A stretch of 64,000 bases of DNA from Selaginella moellendorffii (lineage: Eukaryota > Plantae > Lycopodiophyta), in NCBI RefSeq assembly GCF_000143415.4, contig NW_003314299.1:730229-794228 (forward strand), in the 5' to 3' direction. Made by a program: the position numbers and the translations under genes. The notes beneath the pieces are model-generated. The model was not told where the DNA came from. It did not search any database and saw only the letters and a program-made list of their open reading frames with translations. Shown piece after piece: positions 13,294 to 24,653 of this stretch. Every line of letters starts with the position of its first letter. Position 1 is the first letter of the stretch.

Positions 13294-13989
13294 GGTGATT
13301 GGGAGAAATTCGCTTCTGGAATTCCGGATCCTGCCTCACAAATCGCGCTAGCAGCTACGCAGCACCGAATTCCACACCATAGAATTGCAGATCGCGCGAG
13401 TCAACAGATCCCGGCCAGAGATTTTCCAAAATGCGCGAGCCGCGCCCCCGCGAAATACCTCGACGCCGAGCCGAATTGTCGCGATTGCGAGCTCCTCCCG
13501 ACGAACCCTAGCTCCGTCACGCCATGAGAACCGGCACAGCGCACGCGCACACACACACAGAGGGCGCTCAGCCGAAGAAAACCCTTCGAGGCGTACGGAG
13601 CGTCGGATGGGAGGGCATCGCACGGACAGCGCCCGGACACGTGAGCGAATGGCGGTGGTAGAATTCTCGGGAATATTCCACGAGCATCTCGTGGGGGGGA
13701 ATCTCTAGTTTATTTGATGGGTTGTTGTGCTCGATTCCCTTTTTGACGATTCGCAATCAAAGTAAACACACAACACTTAGAAAAAATTTTAATTAACTTT
13801 CATGCGGTGAAAACGTCTTGGCAGTAAAGTTAACTCTTTCGAAGCCAAAGCCATCAAACCGAGAGCTCCAAGTAGTATGTACTGCGAAACTAAATCAAAT
13901 CTATACTGCGAAATCTGCGAAAAAGCTTTCGCAGATTAAACACATGACTTTGCGAAAGTTTTCGAGAAAGAAAGGAAAAAAAAGCAGTC

Positions 13990-14312
13990 AACCTTTCGTG
14001 AGAACCTCAACTTCTCCAGTTTCTCGATGTTCGCTGGGATTTGATAACTCGGTGGACAATCGGTATGTCTCGTCCTTGCAAGACGAGATTTCAAAGTTCT
14101 AGAGAGATCGAGAGACTTCCATCGAGGTTAAACACGACGATCTCTCCGGCTCGGAGGTCATGTTCAAGAAAAGCAAATCGCGCTGACAAGATCGCTTTCA
14201 AACGACTTGCAGCTACTCGTCGAAAGGTTCCATGCTTCCAGTTAAGACGACTACTACTGGCGATTCGCTTCCCTTCCAGATCATCAGTGTGGACGTGACG
14301 ATCAGTCCTGGA
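13990..14312 (-). pseudogene. Degenerate tandem paralogue of SEC11 (remnants of exons 2-4)
   Basis: Aligns to 14901-14992, 15061-15110 and 15200-15310. Has a 1-nt insertion in the [12 protein letters not shown] exon, an internal deletion in exon 2, and a donor changed from GTAAGT to GGAAGT. Confidence 0.8.
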
Positions 14313-14489
14313 AAGAAATTTCCAAAAGATCGAGAAATCTTGGCGTATTCAAGGCGATGCTTTGCCCATCGCTACTAAATGTAGGGCTGATGTCATCAGC
14401 CACTTGCTATGACACGTCATCACAAAGGATAAACCATTGTCAATTGTTCCAAAATGCAAATGTTCTCTTCCAACAGTTAGATTTTTTTA

Positions 14490-15491
14490 TCACTCTTTGG
14501 ATGTCAAAACCAGTAGCCCCAACACTCCAATCAGAATGTACTGCGCGGACGATCAAATCGAAAAAACAAAAAAAATCAGCAAGAACATCAAAGATGAGAA
14601 GGAAAACCAGACCTTGATCACTGGCTTCTCGGTCATGATAATTGTGACCCAGCCAACGTAAGGGAGAAACCTGCGAAAAAACGCACGATGAGAACAAGGA
14701 TTTTCGCGAGCAAGATCGAAGCACTCACCCCACAGCCCTGCCCATTATGTGATGCCTTTGCAACCAGAGCTGGCCTTGCGCATACAAGAGTCTATCATCA
14801 CCGTAATTGTTGTCGCCTAGAAAACGAAGATCACTGATTCATGAGAGTTCACGAGACACACACACACACACAGATTTCTAGAAAAGAAATCGAAGAAACC
14901 AACCTTTCGTGAGAACCTCGACTTCTCCAGTTTCCTGGCGTTCGTGGACTTTGATCACGCGATGGACGATCGGTATGTCTCGACCCTGCAAGAACCCCGG
15001 AGCTTAAGTTGCAAGACTTTGCAAAACTCTTCGAGAGAAAATCTCCGAGAGAGATTGGCCACTTACATCGACGTTGAACACCACGATTTCTCCCGCTCGG
15101 ATGGGATCCTTGGTCATCCTCAGGAAGAGAATGTCACCCTGAAAGAAAACGAAGAACACTTCTAGCAAAAAACCATAAACTTGCTTACCCGTTGGAAGCC
15201 AGGCTCCATACTGCCGGACAAAACCACCACAACCGGCGACTCGCTCCCAGTCACGCACATCAATCCCTTCCAGATTATCAGCGCAGAAGTGACGATCATC
15301 CCTGGACAAGCACAATTCCACCGAAACTAAGCACCACATTCACCTCAAAAAAACCCAAATCTCTAGAAATCCAGATCGCCGGCGCCGCGGCGCTGTAGAT
15401 CTGATCACTCACCCAAGCTGATGATCTGCGTCGCGAGCTGCCGGTAGTGGATGCTTCGCACGGAGCGGACGGCATTACGCACCATCTCCAT
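14490..15491 (-). CDS. SEC11: Signal peptidase complex catalytic subunit SEC11, 7 exons
   Basis: [85 protein letters not shown]. Confidence 0.94.
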
Positions 15492-16106
15492 GGCCGCTCC
15501 GCCCCCTTTAGGGCTTTAGCGATAAAATTTAAGCTTGTTATTAACCACATCTTAACTTATCATGCCATAAACTCTGATTAACTAACCTGATAATCATGTC
15601 TATTTTAACAACATGCTTAACTAACTTCGTAGCTCGCTAAAAGTTCCATTTACCTTGATAATGTCGGCCACATTAACCTTCCACTCTAGCCCGCCGTAAA
15701 AGTCAACGCAAAACACCCAGCCCTTGCCGGCATTGAATCTCCACCGCTGGATCAAACCTCGCCGGGCGGAGTTTTCAGAGATTTGGGACTCCATTGAAGC
15801 GTAGCGGCTGTTCCGACTGTAAGAAAGCAAAGAGTACATGGTAAAAATGGTATAAGAAGCTCAACTCTACCGGTGAAAAACATGACTCGCAAAGTCTTGT
15901 GGAGTTGACGATGCTTGTGACGATTCCCAGCAAAACGAGAGAAAAGAGTCCCCATTGATAAGACCTAACTGGTTCCATGCAAAGAGTGGCAAATCCCGTA
16001 AGGCAAAAATTGGCAGTGCCATTCTTAGGTGCATGGTTTTGCATGGAAAATTAACTCAAAGTTAAATCTTCATGATATACAAGATCAAACACTCTTTACC
16101 AATGTC

Positions 16107-19100
16107 ATGGACAGAATCCAATGCCTGTCTTTGATCCAATCCTGCAAAACGCTGCCTGCAGCCAGAGAAACTCACGCTCAAGTAAAGAACACTCGTTCCA
16201 TCCAAGAGAACGATGACTTTGTGTGGAACAAAGTGATAGACATGTATGCAAGGTGTGGAAATGCCAAGCTCGCGAGGGAAGTTTTCGATTCGCTGCCACA
16301 AGACAAAACCATGTTTTCGTGGGAAGCGATGCTCTCCGCCTACACCAAGAACGGGCATCTAGACGATGCCAGGCGCATATTCGATGCAATGCCACGGCAC
16401 ACTGTTCTGTCGTGGACTGTCATGCTAGCTGCTTATGCCCGTGAAGGGGATCTGGTGGAATCAAAAAGAATATTTGAGAGAATGGAAGAGCGGGACCTCG
16501 TTTGCTGGAACGCCATGCTTGATGCTTATGCCCAGAGGGGGTATCTTAATGAAGCTAAAAGTATCTTGGAGAGAATGGCTTACTGTGACGTGATTTCGTG
16601 GACAATTATGCTAAACGCATATTCCGAATCTGGGGACTTGACAGAGGTAAAAGATGTTTTCAAGAAAATGCCGCAAAAGAACTTGGTTTCGTGGAACTCT
16701 ATGCTCACGGCATATGCCCAAAGTGGGTATGTGTTTGAGATTGAGCAAGCTTTTGAGAACATTCCTATGAGGGACGTTGTCTCGTGGAACATTGTTCTTG
16801 GTTGCTATGTCAACATTGGAGATTTTCAAGCAGCCAAGGCTGTGTTTGATGACATGCCTGCTTGGAGTCTGGTGTCGCTCAATGCAGTGCTGTGTGTAAA
16901 TTTTCAGCAGGGAAACTGCGAGCAAGCGCTAAATACCTTCAGCGAAATGCCGGAAAGAGACTTGATTTCTTGGAACGCAATGCTCTCCGGATGTGCCTTG
17001 AACGGGCATATTGCAGACGCTTACAAGATATTCCAGAAGATGCCTCAGCGGGATATGGTGTCTTGGAACACAATACTGGGTGCCTATGCCCAGAAGGGGT
17101 ATGTCGTAGACGCAGAGAAAACCTTTGCTGCAATGCCTCAGACGGATCCAATTTCCTGGAATCTTTTGCTGGGTGGATATACTCAATCTGGAAATTTGGA
17201 GAGAGCAAAGTGTTTCTTTGAATCCAGTTCCCATAAAAGTGTTCTTTCCTGTAACACCATGTTGGCTGCATACACCGAAAATGGCCTTCTGGAGGAGGCC
17301 AAGCAGATCTTTGAAGCCATGCCTGTGGGAGATTCCGTCACCTGGAACACAATGTTGTGTGGATATGCTTCACAGGCTGGGAATCACGACGCAACAAGAG
17401 ATTTCCTTGAGGGAATGCCTGAAAAGGACTTGGTATCTTTCACAACGCTTTTGGGGTCCTTGAATCGAAGCCGGGAGTTTGATCAGGCGAAGGAATTGTT
17501 TGATAAAATGCCCGAGCATGACATTGCTTGTTGGAATTGTTTGCTGGTTTCTTATGCCCAGCAAGGGCATATGAAAGAAACGGCTCGATTCTTCAGCACA
17601 ATGCCATTTATTGACGACATTTCCTGGAATACTCTTCTCTCCGCTTATGCCCAAAACGGGGATCTTCAGGGATCTAAGGCTGTGTTTAAGAATCTCTCGT
17701 CACCTTCTCTTGCATCATGGAATGCAATGCTCTCGGCCTATGCCCAAAACGGGCATCTCTTCTCAGCTGTAGAGATCTTTGAAAAGGTTCCTCACAGGGA
17801 TCTTGTAACTTGGAACGCACTCTTGGGTGCCTATTCCAGAATGGGATCCATAGATTCTGTCAAAGTCCTCTTTGACGAGATGCCAGAAAGAGATCTCAGG
17901 TCATGGAATGCACTCTTAGGAGCTTATGCTCATTTCAACTTTCTCAATCTTGCAAAGGGTGTGTTTGATCAAATGCCCTCTCATGATATAGTTTCATGGA
18001 ACTCATTAATTTCTGGGTATGTCCAGACTGACAAGTTGGCAGAGGCAAGGAATTTGATTGATGCCATGCCTCAGTGGAATCTCGTGACGTGGAATGCCAT
18101 GCTGACTGGATATGCACAGTCAGGGCAAGTAAAGGAGGCCATGCGTTTGTTCGAGGGAATGCCAGAAGGGGACCTGGTGACGTGGAAGGCAATGCTGGTA
18201 GCATATATCCAAACGGGTGATATAAAGAGAGCACATTCCCTGATGGAGAATATGCCACAGCACAGTCTACTCTCCTGGACTGCCCTCGTTGCGGGATATG
18301 CCCGAGAAGGGCATATTCACAAAGCCCATGGCATCTTCCAGGGAATCCCACGGCTGGACGTGGTGTGCTGCAATGTCATGCTGGTGGCATATTCCCAGAG
18401 CGGGGATCTGGAGAACACCAAATGCCTGTTCGATGGCATGGAGCAACGAGATTCCGTGTCGTGGACCTCGATGCTGATGGGATATTCGTCGCTGGGCTAT
18501 GTGGAGGAGGCCAAGCGCGTGTTCGATTCCATGCCCCAACATCAGCCAGTGTCGTGGAACGCGATGCTCGCGGCCTTCTCCCAGAACGGGCAAATCCGCG
18601 ACGCGGAGATTATCTTCGCGGAGATGCCGCAGCGCGATCTCATCTCCTGGAATTCGATGCTGGCGTGCTACACGCAGCACGGACGCCTGGATCGCGCGAG
18701 GAAAACCATGCATCGAATGCCGGAGCGCGACACAATCTCCTGGACGTCGATGCTGGCGGCGTTTGCGATCGCGGGGCAGAGCTCCGCCGCCCTGGACGCG
18801 TTCAAGGCGATGAAGCTCGAGGACTGCATCGACGATACCTGCTTCGTGTCGGTGTTCGCGGCGTGCAGCCACAGCGGCGATCTGGCGGCGGCGCGGAGCT
18901 TCTTCGCGTCCATCGCCATGGATTTTGGGATCCAGCCTTCAAAGCAGCACTACTGCTGCATCCTAGATCTCCTGGGCCGCCTAGGGCATCTGGATGCCGC
19001 GGAGGATCTCATCGCATCCATGCCCTACGTCCCGGAGCTCCTGGATTGGACGTGCTTGCTCGGAGCTTGCAAGAACCACTCGGGCGCCAAGAGCGGGAAT

Positions 19101-19214
19101 AGGGCGGCCACTGGCGCCTTGCGGCTCAACGTACGGCACCCGCCAGTGTACGTCCTCGTTTCAAGTTTGATTGCCGCGCGGGAAACCATATCCACGTCAA
19201 TCGATGTTTGCTGA
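16107..19214 (+). CDS. PLS-class pentatricopeptide repeat protein (about 27 short 31-aa repeats + P2-L2-S2-E1-partial E2, no DYW); organellar RNA-editing factor-like
   Basis: Repeats of DLVSWNAML.AYAQ.G....A...F..MP.R, terminal FVSVFAACSHSG, HYCCILDLLGRLG, WTCLLGACK. True start may be a small upstream exon (ATG 15977, intron 15998-16028). Confidence 0.93.
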   Translation: MDRIQCLSLIQSCKTLPAARETHAQVKNTRSIQENDDFVWNKVIDMYARCGNAKLAREVFDSLPQDKTMFSWEAMLSAYTKNGHLDDARRIFDAMPRHTVLSWTVMLAAYAREGDLVESKRIFERMEERDLVCWNAMLDAYAQRGYLNEAKSILERMAYCDVISWTIMLNAYSESGDLTEVKDVFKKMPQKNLVSWNSMLTAYAQSGYVFEIEQAFENIPMRDVVSWNIVLGCYVNIGDFQAAKAVFDDMPAWSLVSLNAVLCVNFQQGNCEQALNTFSEMPERDLISWNAMLSGCALNGHIADAYKIFQKMPQRDMVSWNTILGAYAQKGYVVDAEKTFAAMPQTDPISWNLLLGGYTQSGNLERAKCFFESSSHKSVLSCNTMLAAYTENGLLEEAKQIFEAMPVGDSVTWNTMLCGYASQAGNHDATRDFLEGMPEKDLVSFTTLLGSLNRSREFDQAKELFDKMPEHDIACWNCLLVSYAQQGHMKETARFFSTMPFIDDISWNTLLSAYAQNGDLQGSKAVFKNLSSPSLASWNAMLSAYAQNGHLFSAVEIFEKVPHRDLVTWNALLGAYSRMGSIDSVKVLFDEMPERDLRSWNALLGAYAHFNFLNLAKGVFDQMPSHDIVSWNSLISGYVQTDKLAEARNLIDAMPQWNLVTWNAMLTGYAQSGQVKEAMRLFEGMPEGDLVTWKAMLVAYIQTGDIKRAHSLMENMPQHSLLSWTALVAGYAREGHIHKAHGIFQGIPRLDVVCCNVMLVAYSQSGDLENTKCLFDGMEQRDSVSWTSMLMGYSSLGYVEEAKRVFDSMPQHQPVSWNAMLAAFSQNGQIRDAEIIFAEMPQRDLISWNSMLACYTQHGRLDRARKTMHRMPERDTISWTSMLAAFAIAGQSSAALDAFKAMKLEDCIDDTCFVSVFAACSHSGDLAAARSFFASIAMDFGIQPSKQHYCCILDLLGRLGHLDAAEDLIASMPYVPELLDWTCLLGACKNHSGAKSGNRAATGALRLNVRHPPVYVLVSSLIAARETISTSIDVC

Positions 19215-19400
19215 CGTGTTTGCCGGCGGAGAAGCCACGTTGAGCTCGCCATGTCAGCTGGGCTAATGACGTGGGTGATACAACGGCTGGAGATGGGCCA
19301 CGTAGAAGAAAAGAATGACACGTAGAGGTACTTTTTCGACGCACCCATCGGTTAGGGCTTACATTTTTCCCGGTTCTTTCGCAGGACTGGGCCGATGGCC

Positions 19401-20552
19401 ATGGATCCGCCCAAGACGCCCAGTGTGGGCTTGGATCGCGCCGCCGTGGATCGCAAGCTCTCGGCGCCCAAGGGTGAGATCGAGAAGGCCGCCAGCGCCA
19501 GGCGACAGTCGTTCATGAAGGCGCCACACGAGAAGCCGGCGATGCAATACGATGCCGATGTGTTGCTGCGAGCTCTTTGCAAGCCCTGGGAAATGGTAAG
19601 CACAGCTTCTTCTGGAGAAAGAAAATTTTCTCTTTTTTACATTGTTTGGTTTCTCAGGGTGGTCATACACACGATTTCCTGCTTTGCCATCGCTCGGCAA
19701 GGAGTACCGATCTATACAAGCACTATGAGACGGACAAATACTTGATCAAGGTAAGTTCTCGTCTGCGATTTCTCGAGTCTAAAAAACTTCTTTTTTCTCC
19801 CCAGAAACATGAAAAAATGGTAGCCGAGAAGGTTGCCTGGAACAGGCAAAGGAAGCTACGAGAGGACATGCTTCATCTCTTGACAAGGCTACATTCCATC
19901 GAGAAGCAGCGACGTCGCTTTATAGGTCTACGAATCATCCGTTGCCTCTGAGCCAACCCTGCCTGCCATCACCACCGTGAATGTGCTGCCTTGAGGGGTC
20001 GGGGTTAGAGTGTAGAGCCATTTAGCAAAGCGACTTTGGCTATGAGGTGACGGATTTGGTTACTTTCTTGTGTGCTGATTCGTGTCTCTTTGCTCTCTTT
20101 CTGTTTTTCCAGAGAAACGCAGAGAGAAACATCCCGAGGATTTTGAGGACATACCCGACGACTTCAAGGAAGAGAATGAGAACATCAAAGTGGGAGCGAT
20201 CAATCTCGCAAACACTTTCTTCGAGAAGAGAGCGTCCCAGCTTGCGTTGCTGCGGCCTTATAAACCAGCCCCGGCTTATCCAGAGCACCCTGTAGTACCG
20301 CCGCCGCCAGCAACCACGACAAGCCTCATCGAGCCGCCAAAGTATGTTTTGGAGCCTTTAGATCCCAAAACAGGTACACGGCTTTTCAAAGTTTGCTGCA
20401 TCTCCACTTTGATCACGTCTTGATTCTCGCGTTTTCTAGTTGCGTTGAGGGAGGAGGTGGAAAATCTCAACCTCTTCGACGAGAAGCTGCAAACTCTATT
20501 ACCTCCGGCACCAGGAAGCGCAAAGTCCTTTCCAAAGAAGAAGAAGAAGTAA
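19401..20552 (+). CDS. Hypothetical multi-exon protein with coiled-coil middle and PKKKKK C-terminus
   Basis: Consistent GT-AG splicing (19596-19657, 19751-19804, ~19926-20111, 20373-20438) gives a continuous reading frame. Family not recognised. Confidence 0.6.
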
Positions 20553-20841
20553 AGGTCCTCGCCAACGGTTCACTTGTGCTTCGGTGCGTCTTTTACCTTT
20601 TCCAAATCAAGTTTATGGTTCTAAGCAAGGCAGTGGATCCAACGGCCGCTGCCCGAGCCACGAAGCTACACTGCGGCCATTCACAACCTTATCTCCAGCT
20701 TATCCACGGTCATCCAATTGGCATCCTTGGCATCGGATGGTGTTTATGAGCAAAACCAAGTGACACAAAAGAGGTGGAAGCCAAAAGAGGTATAGTAGAG
20801 GAAGAGCTACAAACTTAACAGGTACAGCAGTAGCAGCAGCC

Positions 20842-21159
20842 ATGGCGAGCGCAGTGGCCTCCTCGCTCTCCTCGATCGCTAGCACCAAGGCCACTATCAC
20901 GACGAACAGGAACAGGAAGGCCGGGGGAGTGAGCTCGGTGGTGAGGTGCCAAGCCAGCGAGAAAAAGGACGAAGTGATCAAACGCAGGGCCATGGTTGCG
21001 AGTGTGGGAGTGGCACTCTTGTCCATGGTTGCCACTGGAGCTGCCAAGGCTATTCCGCCGGTTCCAGAGGGCGAGCCAAAGCGCGGCACCAAGGAGGCCA
21101 TCAAGAAGTATGCCAACATTTGCCGATCCATGCCCACTGCTGCGGTGTGTCATGGCTGA
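20842..21159 (+). CDS. PsbTn: Photosystem II 5 kDa protein (nuclear PsbTn)
   Basis: Bipartite transit peptide (VRCQA, Tat-type RRAM + hydrophobic + AKA) and mature GEPKRGTKEAIKKYANICRSMPTAAVCHG. I-box CTTATC at 20688 and 20699. Confidence 0.92.
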   Translation: MASAVASSLSSIASTKATITTNRNRKAGGVSSVVRCQASEKKDEVIKRRAMVASVGVALLSMVATGAAKAIPPVPEGEPKRGTKEAIKKYANICRSMPTAAVCHG

Positions 21160-21461
21160 GCTCGAGCAAGCTCGAGTTCCAGCGTGCTACCAGAGCTTAC
21201 TCATTTGGGTGTGTATATATCATTCCTTTCATTCATCTTGCTTGTGTTTTTTGTCTTGATTTCTATGAATGTTTGCAAACAGGTTCTCCAGTGGTCTGGT
21301 CTATGTAAAGAAAAATTTCTTCCATGTGCAATTAAATGGAAAGACTTTTACTGTGAAAAGGTAGTTAAGCAGTAATGTTTAACTTAATTACCTTTTGACT
21401 TAATGCACTATTTAATTTGATGAAGAGTGCACTGCCCTAACTATCCTTTTTCGACCACGAC

Positions 21462-22322
21462 ATGGAAAAATACAGTTTTGGGAGAGTGTTGGGGTGTGGT
21501 AGTGAAGGAAAAGTGATGCTGGGGTGTAACAATCAAAACCATAACAAGGTAGCAATTAAGTATTTAGGACAAGAGCACTCTATTTTGAATGCTATGGTGA
21601 ATGAGGTAGAAATCTTGGAAGAGTGTGCTGGGCATGTGAATATCATCAATCTTCTGGATGTTACAACAAACAAGAATGGCAGCTTCATGGTCTTTGAGTT
21701 GATGGAAACAGACCTAAGACATCATAAGAGGTTTGAAGGACATGAGATCAGATCGTTCATGAGGCAGATCCTTTCGGGGCTTGCATGGATCCACTCCAAC
21801 AAAATTGTCCACCAGGATATAAAGCCCGAAAATCTGCTAGTGAAAGGTGGTGTGGTAAAGCTTGCTGACTTTGGTCACGCACGAAGGTTGTGGGAACAAC
21901 CTAGGGAATGTTTTGGGACACTGTCATATCATTCTCCCGAGCAACTCAAGGGTGAGAGGGGCCTTTACTCTACAGCAATAGACATATGGGCAGCCGGGTG
22001 TGTCTTTGCAGAGATGGTTTTAGAGTTTCGGTTATTTGATCCCATAGACTATGAATTTATGAATGAAGAGGATCGGAAATGCCAAATGATGGAATTAATT
22101 CAAGCATGGAATTCATGGTCAGAATTGGAGCTTATAGTAGGCGATAAGAGCACTGTGGAGCTTATGGCAAGGATGCTAAAGGTGGATCCTTGCAAAAGGA
22201 TTTCTGCCCAAGGGGCATTAAAATCCAAGTATTTTGGTTCTGTGGAGGTGGGCACCCCAAGTATGCAAATGGTTGGTACTGGTGTTTGTAAGAATTTCAA
22301 TTTGGCATGTATTGCTCATTAA
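21462..22322 (+). CDS. Divergent intronless CMGC/CDK-like Ser/Thr kinase
   Basis: GCGSEG, VAIK, VFELMETDL, HQDIKPEN, DFG, GTLSYHSPE, DIWAAGCVFAEM, DPCKRISA. Confidence 0.85.
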   Translation: MEKYSFGRVLGCGSEGKVMLGCNNQNHNKVAIKYLGQEHSILNAMVNEVEILEECAGHVNIINLLDVTTNKNGSFMVFELMETDLRHHKRFEGHEIRSFMRQILSGLAWIHSNKIVHQDIKPENLLVKGGVVKLADFGHARRLWEQPRECFGTLSYHSPEQLKGERGLYSTAIDIWAAGCVFAEMVLEFRLFDPIDYEFMNEEDRKCQMMELIQAWNSWSELELIVGDKSTVELMARMLKVDPCKRISAQGALKSKYFGSVEVGTPSMQMVGTGVCKNFNLACIAH

Positions 22323-22492
22323 AATGTGTATGAAAAAAGAAAAATACATCTATTCACTAATTACGCCAAATGTAAGAAAAAGGGGTGTATCACATTTAAA
22401 ATCCAAAGAAAAGAGAAAAAGGAAATCTATTACTACAGGACGCGTGTCGTGTAACGTGTCCATCACAGTTTTAGGGTTCTTCAGTCTCAACG

Positions 22493-24545
22493 ATGAAGCG
22501 GGTGAATGCGGCGCGCGTCTTCTCCAGGCTCCTCGCCCAGAATGCCCCAGCAGCTGAATCCAGGGGGGCGCCATCCGATCTCTCCTCGTCTGGCGCCACG
22601 GCGCTGGCCGATCGCGGCCCCTTTGCCTCGCGTCTCAAGAGCCGCGCCGTGCTGGGATTCGATGGCGACGACACATTCAAGTTCCTGCAAGGCCTGGCAA
22701 CCAACGACGTTCTCCAGCTCGAGGCCGACGAGCACTCCGCCAAGCTGGGAACGCCCACTCCCAATCAGCCGGGCGTCGTCCAGCCCCCAATCTACACTGG
22801 GATTCTCAACCCCCAGGGGAGGTTCTTGTTTGATATGTTCCTCTACAAGCCTGTGCAGGAATCCGAGAAGCTGGGCAAGGGTGGCGATGCTCCAGGGGCT
22901 GGCAAGAGTGTTCCACAGCTCGTTGCCGATGTGGATGCTGCCAGTTTTGACGATCTCATCGCTTATCTCAAAAGGTATCCAAAATTCGATTTCTTCTTGC
23001 TCAAGTTCTTCCTCATGGTTTTCTAGTGCCTTTTTTTATTTGGTTTGCTTTCATCATTAGTATGTTTCTCGCATCAACTTCTTTACCAGTTGTCTTTCCA
23101 TTCTCCTGTTTTTTTCTTTTTTCTTTGGCTGGGGTGTTTTTGCAAGTTTATTTCATCGCAAAAAAATTCTTTTATGTCATAATGGGAATTTGCTCCGATA
23201 CCTTTTTTTCGTCTTTCCATTCTGCTGTTGCTTCGCTTCTTTATTTTTTGTTTCCTTCTCTGCCTGGGTGCGACTTTGCAAGATTTTATGCTAGTTATTC
23301 CTTGTTTGTATAAAAACAATGAATTTTTATATGTCATACTCGAATGGTTTTCATTTGCTTACGTTCCATCAGGTTTCTTGTTTGTTTTTCCAGATGCATC
23401 TCTTAAATTCTTGTCCAACGTCCGTAAAACTTTTTCGGTTTTTAATCTTCCTCCAGGTACATTTTACGCTCCAAAGTCAATATCGAGGACCTTTCGAAGG
23501 ATCTCTGCGCCTGGCAACGCTTTGGCGGTGCTCTGGCAGGTTCTTCCACTTCCGAGACTGGCGCTGGCAACATCGGCTGGGCTGGAGGCCGGGACTTGAG
23601 TGGGACAACCGCTGCGGAAGGAAATGGAAAAGGCTGGCGATGGTTTAAAGATCCCAGGCTCGACGCGCTTGGATTCCGTGGCGTCTTCTCCTCTGGCATA
23701 ACACGTAAGAATCTGTCCAAGGTTTGTCAGTCACGAGAAGAGACTCACCAAGAAGAAACTTTTGATCAACTCTTGTTTTAGAACAGCGCCTTTGGTCGAA
23801 GCTGATCAAGAAGTTGACGAGGAGTATTACCTTCTCTGGCGACTTGAGCAGGGAGTTCCCGAAGGCCCGGCTGAAATTCCTGGAGGTGAGTTAATCACTT
23901 TTCCACTTACGGTTTCGTGCAAACTTAGAAGCTGTAAACTTCTTTCTTTCTTTTCCCAGGAGAAGCCATTCCACTCGAGTACAACATGGCCGCTCTCAAC
24001 GCCATCAGCTTTGAGAAAGGCTGCTACGTCGGACAGGAACTAATAGCAAGGACGCATTACCGAGGAGAAATTCGCAAGAGGCTCATGCCTGTAAACTTCG
24101 TTCTGGAAAACGGAGAAGGTACTTTTTCTTGCTCTCCATTCTTTTAGTTTCTCTTTAGGATCTCGTACTCGACGCGAGCGTGCTTCCTTCCACAACTCTC
24201 CAAACACGGCAGCTTGTAGAAAGCTTTCTTCTTTAGAGTCTCCAGCTAGTCGTGAGCTTTCATCCTCGGTAGCAGCTCACGAAACTTCAGCTCTCATGGT
24301 TTGCTTGTTTAATCGCAGAAATGCGCGAGGGAGTGGCTCGTGGCACAGAGATTATGGATGGAGAAACCGGGAAGAAAGTGGGGTCAGTGGTCACAGCTCT
24401 TGGCTCGCGAGGATTGGCGATGGTGAGACTGGAGGCGGCAGCTAAAGACAGACTGAAGCTCCAGAGCGTGGACGGTGGCGGCGGCGCTTTCGTGAAGCCC
24501 ATTCGGCCCAAATGGTGGCCCAGTCAATGGGGCACTGTTGACTAA
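22493..24545 (+). CDS. IBA57: Mitochondrial folate-dependent Fe-S assembly factor IBA57/CAF17 (YgfZ, COG0354)
   Basis: [65 protein letters not shown]. Introns ~22974-23456, 23705-23781, 23886-23959, 24119-24318. Confidence 0.92.
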
Positions 24546-24653
24546 CCGGGCCACTGGTGATATGGCCAAGAGTTTAGCCAACAACAAAATGATGGGCATA
24601 TCCCTGGGAATATCGCCTCTACATTTTAGGGTTTATAACAATGAATTTCAAGG

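Noticed and set aside
15621-16044. Short minus-strand ORFs with an exon-like segment upstream of SEC11
   Set aside because: No recognisable protein and no consistent gene model.
22974-23456. Hydrophobic ORFs (23026-23313, 23228-23599) resembling membrane proteins
   Set aside because: They lie in the T-rich first intron of IBA57.
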